From NCBI GenBank assembly GCA_015494585.1, contig WGAY01000036.1:9462-73461 (forward strand): a DNA stretch of 64,000 nt, written 5' to 3'. Every line of letters begins with the position of its first letter. Positions within the stretch are counted from its first letter, which is position 1. The position numbers were made by a program, and so were the translations under genes. The notes under the pieces are model-generated. The model was not told the DNA's origin, did no database searches, and worked only from the letters and a program-made list of their open reading frames with translations. Of the stretch, positions 11,357 to 21,480 are shown one piece after another. This DNA is from Candidatus Omnitrophota bacterium. GTDB taxonomy: Bacteria > Omnitrophota > Gorgyraeia > S143-82.

Positions 11357-12082
11357 TTAAGGAAATCGCCTTTTAAAGGATGGGATAACATGGTAGCTTA
11401 GGAAATCTTCTAAAAGGCCGTTTAACAAAAGAGAATCTTTTTTTGAAAAAACCACCTTTACTGCTTTATCCAGTGGCATCTTCTCTATTGTCTTGATAGA
11501 CATAACCATCCCAGCAGACAATCTGGTTGCACCTGGATCCCTATCCTTGCAACTCTGACACAACAAACCACCTTGACTATGGCTAAACCATGCTTGCTTT
11601 ATATCCCTTTTCAAACAGGCGACACAACCATCTAGATAGGGTCTGAATCCTACTAGATCAAGGAGTTTTATTTCAAAGACACGAGATAAGATAGGTCTTG
11701 GAATACGACCTACTAGTTCCAGACAACTCAGAAGCATCTCAAACAGGGCACTATTTGTCTGTCCAATAGGAGAAACCAAGTCAACCAGACGCATAAGACT
11801 GCCTGCTGCCTTATAGTCCTCTGGCCTAACTGCCCCAATGTAGGAACGAATTAAATCACATTTGGAAACAAGGTGCAGAGACGACACCCTGGAGGGATAA
11901 AAAAACACTTCATTCAGTGTGAATATGTCAACAGAGGATCCAAACTTTTTGGGGTCTTTCCTTATCCCTTTCAATATACCGCTGAACTTGCCCACGTCCG
12001 GGGAATAAAATACCGCTACAATGGAGGTCTCTCTTATTGGATATCTTCGAAGGACCAAGCCAACTGTCTTCTTAACTGCCAT
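11357..12082 (-). CDS. recO: DNA repair protein RecO
   Basis: N-terminal OB fold (GLVLRRYPIRETS...GK...KG), FEIKLL..GFRP, CxxC...GGLLCxxC. Confidence 0.93.
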   Translation of the reverse strand: MAVKKTVGLVLRRYPIRETSIVAVFYSPDVGKFSGILKGIRKDPKKFGSSVDIFTLNEVFFYPSRVSSLHLVSKCDLIRSYIGAVRPEDYKAAGSLMRLVDLVSPIGQTNSALFEMLLSCLELVGRIPRPILSRVFEIKLLDLVGFRPYLDGCVACLKRDIKQAWFSHSQGGLLCQSCKDRDPGATRLSAGMVMSIKTIEKMPLDKAVKVVFSKKDSLLLNGLLEDFLSYHVIPSFKRRFP

Positions 12083-13124
12083 CCTCTGGGAAAATCCCTT
12101 TTTTAAACTGCTCTACTATCTTTTCTATATAGACGCGGCGTTCAACAGAACTTGGGTGGGTAGCCCAGAAATCCTTTATCATACTCTCAGGCACCTCTAC
12201 CGCAAACCTCTCCCATATATCTTTCCCCACTTCTATATCATAACCCGCACGATATGCAAAATACAGCCCCCAGTAATCGGCCTGTCTCTCTAGATCTCTG
12301 GAAAATCCACTTTGGATAGCACCTGTTCCCATGTTGGCTATCTCTCCTCCCACTCCAGGCAGGACTTCATCTAATTTGGCCCCGATAACCGCTCCTAAAA
12401 GCCCTGTTATCAGGTTTACCCCTCCCCCTTTGGAATGATGCGACAGCAGGATATGGGCAAGCTCATGTCCAAGAACAACCGCCAACTCATCATCTGATTG
12501 AATAAAGCGCATCATCCCGTATGTAACAATTACTGCCTTGGGCGTTGCCATCGAGTTTATCTGGGCATCAGAAGACATATAAAAATCTACCTCTACAGGC
12601 CTCCAGTCTAAACGAACCACTCGCTTATACTCTCTGCCCTTCCAAAGAGTTAGTTCCACAAAGCTATTAGGTAAAAAATAATCCAATGCTCGTTTAAAGG
12701 CATCATAGCTGCTGACAGAATATCCCCCTACTGCCAATAACATACTGCCAGGTATTATATCGATATTCTCAGCAGAACTGCCCTCTACTGTAGCACAGAC
12801 TATAGGAAACCGATCATCAGGAAGATCATAGGCTATGCGCATCTGTTCACTATTGTCCGATATTATAAGGCCTATATATGGAAAGTTGCCTCTATAAAAG
12901 CGCTTTGGCAAGGCCTTGACAAGCCTGTATCCTACGCTTGCAACTCGCCTCCATAGAGAAACCCTATACCGTACCGCCCTGGCTGCAAGGTCTCTTTGAT
13001 AAAGGCGCACCTCTTCTTCACTGGCCTTTGGCCCCTCATAGACGCATCCTGAAAGGACAAAGGCAATACCAATGGTTAGAGAAAATAGGCCCAATTTGTA
13101 TCTTCTATAGTAAAAGCATCCCAT
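12072..13124 (-). CDS. M48-family metalloprotease lipoprotein with PDZ-like domain
   Basis: Lipobox LSGC; DELAVVLGHELAH; FSRDLERQADYWG; THP. Confidence 0.9.
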   Translation of the reverse strand: MGCFYYRRYKLGLFSLTIGIAFVLSGCVYEGPKASEEEVRLYQRDLAARAVRYRVSLWRRVASVGYRLVKALPKRFYRGNFPYIGLIISDNSEQMRIAYDLPDDRFPIVCATVEGSSAENIDIIPGSMLLAVGGYSVSSYDAFKRALDYFLPNSFVELTLWKGREYKRVVRLDWRPVEVDFYMSSDAQINSMATPKAVIVTYGMMRFIQSDDELAVVLGHELAHILLSHHSKGGGVNLITGLLGAVIGAKLDEVLPGVGGEIANMGTGAIQSGFSRDLERQADYWGLYFAYRAGYDIEVGKDIWERFAVEVPESMIKDFWATHPSSVERRVYIEKIVEQFKKGIFPEDGS

Positions 13125-13444
13125 AAGACATCCTCAATTTCCCTGTCCCCTACATCTACGACTGAAAAATGGTAACACATATTATCCGGCAGCCGTTTCT
13201 CTTTAATAAAGAATAAGGCGGTTTTGATTATAGTTTCTTTCTTTTTTTGTGTTATGCTCTCAAATGCCCTGGCAAAACTACCCTTCCCCCTATGCCTGAC
13301 CTCTATAAAGTATATATCTCTCTTTCCCCTTTGGGCGATTATATCTATCTCTCCACCCCTTATACGATAATTCCTTCCGAGTATACGGAATCTGTTGGTC
13401 TCTAGAAATCGCACTGCTATGTCTTCGTACTGCTTGCCTACCAC
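13076..13444 (-). CDS. yraN: YraN family (UPF0102) protein
   Basis: NYRIRGGEIDIIA...FIEVR; follows rnhB. Confidence 0.9.
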   Translation of the reverse strand: MVGKQYEDIAVRFLETNRFRILGRNYRIRGGEIDIIAQRGKRDIYFIEVRHRGKGSFARAFESITQKKKETIIKTALFFIKEKRLPDNMCYHFSVVDVGDREIEDVLWDAFTIEDTNWAYFL

Positions 13445-14034
13445 AATGTAATCTGAGAAACAGGTTCGTAACTGCGTCTATGTACCCTAGAAGGGCCTAA
13501 TCTATTTATTATCCTTATATGCTCTGCAGTCGCATAACCCTTGTGACGAGAAAAACCATATTCTGGATACAGGACATCTAACCCTCTCATAATCCCGTCC
13601 CTGACTACCTTGGCTAATATAGATGCGCAAGAGATCTCAGGAACCAGTATATCTCCCTTTACTACCGATTGACAACATCCTGATAGATCAGAAGGCAGAT
13701 CTATACTATCCTTACCATCTATTAACACCTCAAACCAATCATCTAGTTGCTTATACTTCTCCAAAAACCTATCCAGGGACCTGGACATTCCCAACAATGT
13801 AGCACGCCTTATATTTAATCTATCAATGGTATATACATCCACTATCTCTACTGCCCAATATACGTTTTCAACTATGTACCTAAATGCACGAAGGCGTTGA
13901 GAATTATTAAGCCTTTTGGAATCTGTAATCTTTATATCCTCTGGAAAGTCAAACCCTTCGGGTAGGGCCACAGACGCACATACCAATGGACCTGCCAATG
14001 GTCCTCTGCCCGCCTCATCAATTCCTATAATCAA
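13438..14034 (-). CDS. rnhB: Ribonuclease HII
   Basis: GIDEAGRGPLAGP, DSK, KGD, ASILAKV, HKGY, HRRSY. Start set to TTG at 14034 (AAAGGAG 5 nt upstream) rather than ATG 14070, which lies inside the repeat end. Confidence 0.95.
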   Translation of the reverse strand: MIIGIDEAGRGPLAGPLVCASVALPEGFDFPEDIKITDSKRLNNSQRLRAFRYIVENVYWAVEIVDVYTIDRLNIRRATLLGMSRSLDRFLEKYKQLDDWFEVLIDGKDSIDLPSDLSGCCQSVVKGDILVPEISCASILAKVVRDGIMRGLDVLYPEYGFSRHKGYATAEHIRIINRLGPSRVHRRSYEPVSQITLW

Positions 14035-14056
14035 GCCTGCTCCTTTACTAGATAAA

Positions 14057-14411
14057 CTCGGATTATCCATTAGAATTCTTTATCTTCCATCGCCCTGTTA
14101 ATCAAACCTCTCTTCCCTCATCCAAATATAACTCAAATCTAAAATCTCAAAAGTCAAATCCACAGCTTAAAACCTTAAATCTTTTTATTTTATCCCTTTT
14201 TCCATTACCCCTTTATCGTCGGCCAAGCTTCCAGTTCCTGCGCAACACCTTTCTCCCTGTAGATCTACCTGCCCTGTGTAAATTAAAATCAGCAATCAGC
14301 TTTTACTTTTGAGTTGTGGTTTTTAGTTTTGCGTTTTGAGTTTTTAGTTATTTTAATTTGTCCCACAACGAGTTCCACTATATTACAAATTCCTATTGCA
14401 TAATTTGGGAG
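14057..14411. repeat. Dispersed intergenic element, copy B (MITE-like: imperfect TIRs plus inverted heptamer arms)
   Basis: Left CTCGGATTATCCATTAG, right CTATTGCATAATTTGGGAG; 45-nt block 14120-14164 identical to 24562-24606; complementary T-rich arm 14301-14350. Confidence 0.8.
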
Positions 14412-14420
14412 TATCCTTTA

Positions 14421-15362
14421 TCAAGTCCCTAGATTTATTTTCACATAATATCTCTTCTTTAATTCCTGAACAAATTCATCCAGACGCTTTTCAAATTTCT
14501 TATTATAGATATAGTTATAAACCATCTCTCGCGCCTCACCAAGGCTCTTAGGACAATTCTTTCTTTTATCCTCAATCCTGAAAAGGATATATCCCGTCGA
14601 GACGCGTACAGGCAAGGGATACATCTCCACATCCGGCTTAAACAAGACCTCGGCTATTTCCTTAGATAAGTCCTTACGGGATTTCCATCCAGAGACCTGT
14701 CCCTTCCCATACTTTGCAGTGAGGTCTTTCCAAGTAAGACTTCCCTGCTTTAGTTTTATGTATTCATCCATTACCGCCGAATCAAAGGCCATCTCAGAAT
14801 CATCTTTAAACATACTGCGAGGGATAAAGATAGAGTCTAGTTTTACCATAGTAACAACACAGAAGTCTTTTTTATGTCTCTTATATTCCTTCTCAACCTC
14901 AATAGGGTTAATATATATACGTGAACGGACATATTTGGAAACAACCTTGCGGACCATAAGTTGTCTCTCTATCAAGTCATAAAGTTCCTGAAGTGTAAGA
15001 TGGGACTCTTTGAGAGAATCGATAAAGTCCTCTTCGGTGTTATATCTGGATTTTATCTGTTCTATACGCCTTTCAACGGCATCTGCAGGGACAGTTATAT
15101 CGTCTTCCTTGGCCTTCAAATATAGTAATTTTTCCTCTATAAGTCTCTCAAGGGCCCTCTTTTTTATTTCACCTTCATTCAAATCCTTATCAGTCAACTC
15201 TAACCTTTTAACAGGATTATACTGCCACAGACGAACCATCTTATCCAATTCAGACTCTGTGATAACCTCATCCCCCACTACTGCCAGGATCCTGTCAGCG
15301 AAAGCAGGAGCTGTAAAACAGAATAATAATACAAAAATAAGTCCAAACCATCTATGCTTCAT
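14421..15362 (-). CDS. surA: SurA/PrsA-type periplasmic chaperone/PPIase
   Basis: Signal peptide, DRILAVVGDEVITESEL SurA N-domain, degenerate parvulin domain. Confidence 0.8.
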   Translation of the reverse strand: MKHRWFGLIFVLLFCFTAPAFADRILAVVGDEVITESELDKMVRLWQYNPVKRLELTDKDLNEGEIKKRALERLIEEKLLYLKAKEDDITVPADAVERRIEQIKSRYNTEEDFIDSLKESHLTLQELYDLIERQLMVRKVVSKYVRSRIYINPIEVEKEYKRHKKDFCVVTMVKLDSIFIPRSMFKDDSEMAFDSAVMDEYIKLKQGSLTWKDLTAKYGKGQVSGWKSRKDLSKEIAEVLFKPDVEMYPLPVRVSTGYILFRIEDKRKNCPKSLGEAREMVYNYIYNKKFEKRLDEFVQELKKRYYVKINLGT

Positions 15363-16005
15363 CTTTCCACCCCTGTTCTCCTACAAGCGGAACAAAGACA
15401 CACCGCATCTTGGAACCTATCTTTATCCGATTTTTTTCATCCTTTTGCACAACTAGCAGATCCTGGCTATACCTATCTCCAACTGGGATAACCATCTTCC
15501 CACTCCTCTTAAGCTGCCCTATCAGAGATGGTGGGACATTAGGAGCTGCCGCCGTTACGATTATTTTATCATAAGGAGTTTCATCTTCCCATCCTAGACT
15601 ACCGTCTCCAAGTCTAAAATAGATATTCCTATAGCCTAACTCATTGAGTATCTTTTTTGCCCTCTCCAAAAGCCCTGGTATCCTCTCAACCGTATATACC
15701 TGCCCGGACAGCCGTGCCAGGATGGCTGTTTGATAACCAGAACCAGTACCGATTTCTAATACCTTATCATCCTTCTTGAGATCCAGAAGTTGGGTCATTA
15801 CCGCTACCACATAAGGCTGGGAAATGGTCTGCCCAAAACCAATACTAACAGGGCCATCTTCATAGGCATATTTCTGCAATCCTTTAGGGACAAACTGTTC
15901 CCTTGGTACATTTAGAAATGCATCCAAGACCAAATCATCTGTTATCCCTCTGGCAATCAGTTGTTCTTCAACCATCCTTTTGCGAAGGATGGAAAACCTA
16001 TCCAA
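15352..16005 (-). CDS. pcm: Protein-L-isoaspartate O-methyltransferase
   Basis: QTISQP, VLEIGTGSGYQTA, YDKIIVTAA, FVPL. Confidence 0.97.
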   Translation of the reverse strand: MDRFSILRKRMVEEQLIARGITDDLVLDAFLNVPREQFVPKGLQKYAYEDGPVSIGFGQTISQPYVVAVMTQLLDLKKDDKVLEIGTGSGYQTAILARLSGQVYTVERIPGLLERAKKILNELGYRNIYFRLGDGSLGWEDETPYDKIIVTAAAPNVPPSLIGQLKRSGKMVIPVGDRYSQDLLVVQKDEKNRIKIGSKMRCVFVPLVGEQGWKDEA

Positions 16006-17131
16006 GCCTTGCCTCCTTATAAATCTCTGCCTCTGTCCAGTCTATAGCCCTTCTTATGTCTTCCATCCCTTCAACTGGCCAGGGAGAGTGCCTATCCACA
16101 AGCCTATAGTTTATATCCATAATATCCAGAAACCCGATCGTACCATTCAGAAAGAGATCTCCAAGGATATCGTTTGCAGTATTAAACACTGCAAGTGTAG
16201 ATCCTCCTTTTTTCATTGCCAAGATAGCCGTATCCAGAGAAGAAAATGTATCTCTATCCGGGTGGTAAAAGTCCCAGGAAAAAGCATTGTCCAGACCCGC
16301 AAAAGATAGTTCAGGATTTTCCCACCTCTCAGGGAAAGAAAGGGCATATTGTATGGGCAGGCGCATATCTGTTATACCTGCCTGAATGAAGACAGAACCG
16401 TCGATAAGCTCCACCATAGAGTGGCTGTGGGCCTGGGGATGGACGAGCACTGATATCTTATCTATATCAAAACCGAATAAAGCCCGTGCCTCTATCATCT
16501 CAAGGGCCTTGTTCATAAGAGTTGCTGAATCAAGACTGACCTTTTTGCCCATCTGCCAGCGTGGATGTCTTAATGCCATCTCCGGAGTAACGTCTCTTAA
16601 AAAATCCCTGCCTTTCCCAAAGAAAGGCCCGCCAGAACAGGTGAGGACTACTCTCTTTACATCAGAAATCCTATCGGGTATAATCTGCCATATCGCTGAC
16701 TGCTCGCTATCTATAGGCAATATATTTCTCCCCACAGCAGGCATCAATAAATCCAGGCCCATCACCAGACACTCCTTATTCGCCATAGCAATGGGCAAAT
16801 TCATATCCAGAATAGAAAAAAACAACTCGATCACTCCTCCCCCAGGAATAGCAAACACGACTATATCAGGAGGATAATCCCTCAAGGCATCCAGTAGTGC
16901 AGTCTGGCCGTGGAAGAATCTAGTTTTACCGACCCTATTAATGGAAGGAGATTTGCCAAACAATACTGCCCACCGACATGAAGGAAACCTATTCACAATC
17001 TCCTTCAAGGCCTCTTCTTGAACATAGGCGCTTACCCCAATCAGTTCAAGCCGATCAGGGAATCTCTTTATTATATCAAGTGTCGAGGTACCTATAGAAC
17101 CAGTAGCGCCTAGTAAAACAATTCGCTTCAT
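15998..17131 (-). CDS. dxr: 1-deoxy-D-xylulose 5-phosphate reductoisomerase
   Basis: LGATGSIG, ANKE, PIDSE, SGGPF, HPxWxMGxK, DSATLMNKxLExIEA. Confidence 0.96.
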   Translation of the reverse strand: MKRIVLLGATGSIGTSTLDIIKRFPDRLELIGVSAYVQEEALKEIVNRFPSCRWAVLFGKSPSINRVGKTRFFHGQTALLDALRDYPPDIVVFAIPGGGVIELFFSILDMNLPIAMANKECLVMGLDLLMPAVGRNILPIDSEQSAIWQIIPDRISDVKRVVLTCSGGPFFGKGRDFLRDVTPEMALRHPRWQMGKKVSLDSATLMNKALEMIEARALFGFDIDKISVLVHPQAHSHSMVELIDGSVFIQAGITDMRLPIQYALSFPERWENPELSFAGLDNAFSWDFYHPDRDTFSSLDTAILAMKKGGSTLAVFNTANDILGDLFLNGTIGFLDIMDINYRLVDRHSPWPVEGMEDIRRAIDWTEAEIYKEARLG

Positions 17132-17150
17132 ATCAATCTGGATTCAATCT

Positions 17151-17963
17151 CTACATAACCAATATACGCGTTACATAGAAGTACACAATGGGTGAGGTAA
17201 AAAGCAAGCTGTCCAATAGGTCAAGGACACCCCCCATCCCAGGAAAGAGATTCCCAGAATCCTTGACATAACAATCACGCTTTATAAGGGACTCGGATAT
17301 ATCCCCCAACTGTCCAAATGTACCGATTAATCCCCCAAGCACTAAGGCATCAAATGGTGTAATAAACGGGATAAACAGACTAAAGACCTCCACGGCAATT
17401 ATAGCTGAAAGGAATCCCGCCCAGAATCCCTCCCAGGTCTTATTCGGACTTACCCTGGGCATAAACGGCCGGCGCCCAAATGACTTTCCAATAAGATAGG
17501 CCATAATATCACAGGCCTTCGTAGCAACTATTGTCATCGCCGAGAGTGCTACGCCCTCTGGAAGAAGCCTTAATCTGAGTAGGAAGGTAATCGTCCAAGA
17601 AATATAAAATATGCCAAACATACTTACAGCTATCCCCGCTGTCGCACCCTCATTTGCCCTTCTCCTTATCTGTAGCATAAATAAGGCAATAAGACCTGCT
17701 ATCACCAAAAATAGCTGCCAATCGCGATTCAGTTCAAAACCGTAATACAGAGACATAGGTATAAATGCAGCTACGGATAGGCCCAGATAATAGAAAGGAA
17801 ATATCCCCTTATTTTCTACCATTTTATAGAACTCGTGGACACCCAATACAGAAAGTACGGTAATTACGGCCATAAATATAAACTTAATAGAGATAAGTAA
17901 TGCAATTGCAACGAACCAGGTCACACTTATTAAGGTTCTTTTTTTCAGTTCAGACACCACCAT
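17151..17963 (-). CDS. cdsA: Phosphatidate cytidylyltransferase
   Basis: SPNKTWEG, GDISESLIKRDxxVKDSG, GGVLDxxDS; start moved to ATG 17963 (AAGGAG RBS). Confidence 0.95.
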   Translation of the reverse strand: MVVSELKKRTLISVTWFVAIALLISIKFIFMAVITVLSVLGVHEFYKMVENKGIFPFYYLGLSVAAFIPMSLYYGFELNRDWQLFLVIAGLIALFMLQIRRRANEGATAGIAVSMFGIFYISWTITFLLRLRLLPEGVALSAMTIVATKACDIMAYLIGKSFGRRPFMPRVSPNKTWEGFWAGFLSAIIAVEVFSLFIPFITPFDALVLGGLIGTFGQLGDISESLIKRDCYVKDSGNLFPGMGGVLDLLDSLLFTSPIVYFYVTRILVM

Positions 17964-18633
17964 ATCTCCTTTTTCTATTGGAAAACTCTGCCAAGGCCTT
18001 GTCAAATTCTGTCTCTGAAAAATCAGGCCAGAGAATATCTGTAAAGTAAAACTCAGAGTAAGATGCCTGCCACAACAAAAAATTGCTCAAGCGCATCTCT
18101 CCACTGGTCCTTATAATCAAATCAGGATCTGGAATCCCTGCTGTATACAGATAAGAAGAAAATAGATCCTCTGTTATGTCTCCTTCCTTTAGCCTATCCC
18201 TGACAATGGCCCTAACTGCATTAACTAGCTCCTGCCTGGCACCATAATTAAAGCATATCTGCAGGCTCAAACCATCCTCATCCGCCAAGAATTTCTCTGC
18301 TGTCTCTATAGCCCTAACCAGATTAGTCGGTAGACCTTTTCTTTCACCGATGACCCTAAGACGCACCCTATTTTCTTTGAGGTCATTTCTTCTGCTGTTA
18401 AGGTACCTCTCAAAGGCCGAAAATAAAAATCCTACTTCCTCCTTAGGCCTGCGCCAATTCTCAGTCGAAAAGGCGTAAAGGGTCAGGTATTTAATTCCCT
18501 TAGTAGGGGCATAACGCAATAACTCCTCTATACGCTTTATACCTTCTTTGTGCCCGTTTATACGAGGAAGGCCGCGGGAAACTGCCCAGCGGCCATTGCC
18601 ATCCATGATAATAGCTATATGCTTTGGCACCAT
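17950..18633 (-). CDS. uppS: Undecaprenyl diphosphate synthase (isoprenyl transferase)
   Basis: HIAIIMDGNGRWA, FSTENWRR, IRTSGEMRLSNFLLWQ, RRYGG. Confidence 0.98.
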   Translation of the reverse strand: MVPKHIAIIMDGNGRWAVSRGLPRINGHKEGIKRIEELLRYAPTKGIKYLTLYAFSTENWRRPKEEVGFLFSAFERYLNSRRNDLKENRVRLRVIGERKGLPTNLVRAIETAEKFLADEDGLSLQICFNYGARQELVNAVRAIVRDRLKEGDITEDLFSSYLYTAGIPDPDLIIRTSGEMRLSNFLLWQASYSEFYFTDILWPDFSETEFDKALAEFSNRKRRYGGV

Positions 18634-18648
18634 AATATAAGAGAAAAA

Positions 18649-20226
18649 TCACGAATGCACAAGGGGATTAATATCTGGAAAGATGTTATTCTTTTCTTCT
18701 AAACGACTCAGAAATTCAATATCTATGCTTCCCGACTTAATATCTTCATAGAGACGGTTGAAATTATCAAGGTGCTGTTTGGTTCGTTTTACGGCATATT
18801 CTACATGTGTACCCGTATGCATTATAAAGGCCCAATCCGAACTCTGGGCAAGCAAGAGCTCTCGCAAGGCCTGCTTTAATGCCCGCTTTACATTTCCTTC
18901 AGCATAACCATAGGTGTTAACTAGCTCGGTCATACGCTCTGATGCCTTATGCAGGTGCTTGTATATCCAATCATTTGTTCCATCCAGCCAGACCTCACAA
19001 TATCCCTTCCATCCCCAGCTGGAGAAGGAAGGTGTAACCACCTGATTGCGCGGATACTCAGCGAGGTACTCCGACGGTGTAACAGTCTTTATTGTCTTCT
19101 GGTCGTAGTGAATCTTCTTGAATAAAAACTCAAGCCATAGCGGGCCTTCAAACCACCAGTGTCCAAATAATTCCGCATCATAAGGGGCAACTATTATCGG
19201 CTTCCTATCCATAAGCGAGGCCAGGTACTCTACCTGTTTTTCACGGTTAAACATGAAGTTACCTGCGTGCTCGGCTGCCCTGTGCATAGCCATATCCGGA
19301 TCATAAGGTTCCTTATGGTCGGTTTTTCCTGTTATTCTGTAGTACTTTATACCGGTATGCATCCTTAATCCAGTGGGCTGTATATACGGTCTTATATAGT
19401 CAAAATCAAGATCATATCCAATGTCTCTATAAAAATCGCGATACCAGTAATCTCCAGGATATCCCTCAACTGCAGACCAGACCTGTTTGGAAGACTCCAT
19501 ATCCCGACCAAAGGCAGCTACTCCATTTTTTGTATAAACAGGTGCATAGACCCCATACTTTGGTCTAGGCGTGCCATGAAGAATACCGTGTGATTCAACA
19601 AAGAAAAAGCGAATACCATTGTCTCTCAAAATCTCATCGTGCCCAGGTCTGTATCCACACTCAGGTAGCCATATGCCTTTAGGTTGTCGACCAAATACAC
19701 GCTTGTGTAGATCAACCGCAACAGCGACCTGGGCCCGTACAGAAGGCAGAGTAGTTTCCATCAATGGAAAAAACCCATGTGTAGCACCACAGGTGACTAT
19801 TTCCAAATAGCCTTTATCCTGATACTCCTTAAATGCATTTACAATATTTTTGCCATACTCAAAAAATGTATCCCGTGCCTCACAAAATCTATTCAAATAC
19901 ATAATTGCTAGTCGCTGAAACTCTGGCTGCCACCTAGTACGCTCCACCTCTTTATGAGAAAGCTCTATCAATTGTTCTAATCTCTTGAGGTATTTATCCT
20001 GGAGATGACTATCCATAAGCATAGAGATCAAAGGTGGAGTCATAGACATAGTAAGCCTGAAGTGAACCCCCTCCCTTTCAAGACGCTTAAACATCCAAAT
20101 AAGCGGGATATAGGTCTCAGAGATTGCCTCGAATAACCACTGTTCCTCTAGATAAAAATCATACTCTGGATGGCGTACATAGGGAAGATGTGCATGCAAC
20201 ATAAGACATAAATATCCTAGGGCCAT
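18649..20226 (-). CDS. GH57 glycogen branching enzyme (DUF1957)
   Basis: HAHLPYVRH, WLPECGY, YDAELFGHWWFEG, ELLLAQSSDWAF. Confidence 0.93.
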   Translation of the reverse strand: MALGYLCLMLHAHLPYVRHPEYDFYLEEQWLFEAISETYIPLIWMFKRLEREGVHFRLTMSMTPPLISMLMDSHLQDKYLKRLEQLIELSHKEVERTRWQPEFQRLAIMYLNRFCEARDTFFEYGKNIVNAFKEYQDKGYLEIVTCGATHGFFPLMETTLPSVRAQVAVAVDLHKRVFGRQPKGIWLPECGYRPGHDEILRDNGIRFFFVESHGILHGTPRPKYGVYAPVYTKNGVAAFGRDMESSKQVWSAVEGYPGDYWYRDFYRDIGYDLDFDYIRPYIQPTGLRMHTGIKYYRITGKTDHKEPYDPDMAMHRAAEHAGNFMFNREKQVEYLASLMDRKPIIVAPYDAELFGHWWFEGPLWLEFLFKKIHYDQKTIKTVTPSEYLAEYPRNQVVTPSFSSWGWKGYCEVWLDGTNDWIYKHLHKASERMTELVNTYGYAEGNVKRALKQALRELLLAQSSDWAFIMHTGTHVEYAVKRTKQHLDNFNRLYEDIKSGSIDIEFLSRLEEKNNIFPDINPLVHS

Positions 20227-21440
20227 TATCTGGTCTCCTTTTGTACAACTGGGGTTATAACTATTTCGTCCACACCGTCTGCAGAAATACCTTTCACTGG
20301 GATAACCTGCATCCCATCTGGTAAGGCAAAGCGCAGGCTAAATGTGCCATCCGGTCTTAACTTTATCGGTACTCCTTGCACACTGACCTTAGCATCGGGT
20401 TCTGTTGCTCCATAGACGATAAGCTCGGTATTTACCACCATCCAGAACTTACGCGCTTTTTGTCCTTGTTGGGGTCCGTGTATAGAGGCTAGTTGTTCAC
20501 TGCCCCCCCATGAACTTACTGCTCCTGAACCGGCAGCGGAAAATAGCTGTTGGCTCCATAATTGGTGCATCTCAGCCGAACTAAGTCCTGCTCCAAGGCC
20601 TCCGAAACCAATGGATAATCCATATAGTTTAGAGAATAATTCCTCGGGCACTGCCCATTCCTCATCAGTTATCCAGGATGGACCATCCAGGGGAGTACTT
20701 ACTGCATTCGACCTGATTATCGGATAGAAGGAACCATCCCTGCTTACCCACCCCATTTCAGCTATCCAGGTCCTGCCTGGAGCGTTTACATTGATATACC
20801 ACTTCTCAGCTCCGTAAGGAATGGTTATATCAAAGAAGTAGTGGGCATTAGTACCATTGAAGTCAATATAACTGATGTCATAGACCCGCATAACAAAGCT
20901 AGCATCCTGTCTCTTATCTGGAGGGATAATATGCCTCTTTTCCTCTACAAATCCAGGCTGAAGTTCCCAATAAGAAAAGATCCACCAGGGGTCTCTAACC
21001 ATGAGTACAACCTTATTGTCCCCATAATATTGAGGCAGTTCCCGTATATCCTCCAGCTCGATGCCCTTATCCTGCTCATGTTCAGCAATATAATACTTGG
21101 CATCCTCTATCCTTTCCTGAGGGCTCAAAAGCACATCATCAATAGAAGAGACTACCTGTACGGCCGGAGCCCCTATAAGGATGTCCTTGGACTGAAGGCC
21201 ATCTAAAGCCTCGTTAGCTGGCAAGACCTTTTTTCTTATCCTGCGTTTTACGGTCTTGGCAACTGCCTTGACCTTCCTTGCCACGGCCTTGACCTTGCTT
21301 TTGGTACTGGCAGAGACCTTTGCCGTCTTTTTCTTCCCAGTACTAGCAGCCTTTGGCTTTCTCCCTCGCCTTACCGAACGTCTGCGACGTTCAGCAGTAG
21401 AAACAGTATCTTTAGATGTGGAATCTACCTTTCGAGGCAT
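20226..21440 (-). CDS. DUF4912 domain protein with Lys/Arg-rich N-terminal tail
   Basis: LMVRDPWWIFSYWE, RSNAVSTP, ELIVYGATEPDA...LRPDGTF; start ATG 21440 with GGAGG RBS; 1-bp overlap with the GH57 gene. Confidence 0.88.
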   Translation of the reverse strand: MPRKVDSTSKDTVSTAERRRRSVRRGRKPKAASTGKKKTAKVSASTKSKVKAVARKVKAVAKTVKRRIRKKVLPANEALDGLQSKDILIGAPAVQVVSSIDDVLLSPQERIEDAKYYIAEHEQDKGIELEDIRELPQYYGDNKVVLMVRDPWWIFSYWELQPGFVEEKRHIIPPDKRQDASFVMRVYDISYIDFNGTNAHYFFDITIPYGAEKWYINVNAPGRTWIAEMGWVSRDGSFYPIIRSNAVSTPLDGPSWITDEEWAVPEELFSKLYGLSIGFGGLGAGLSSAEMHQLWSQQLFSAAGSGAVSSWGGSEQLASIHGPQQGQKARKFWMVVNTELIVYGATEPDAKVSVQGVPIKLRPDGTFSLRFALPDGMQVIPVKGISADGVDEIVITPVVQKETR

Positions 21441-21480
21441 AATGCCCTCCCTTGTAGAGTTATTATACAAACCTTTGATA

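Noticed and set aside
14035-14070. rnhB start codon supplied by the repeat end (ATG 14070)
   Set aside because: A TTG at 14034 with a well-spaced AAAGGAG RBS explains the start better, so no exaptation is claimed
14120-14350. Heptamer ladders as a CRISPR array or integron attC sites
   Set aside because: No repeat-spacer alternation, no cas or intI genes, and no clear RYYYAAC/GTTRRRY box pairing
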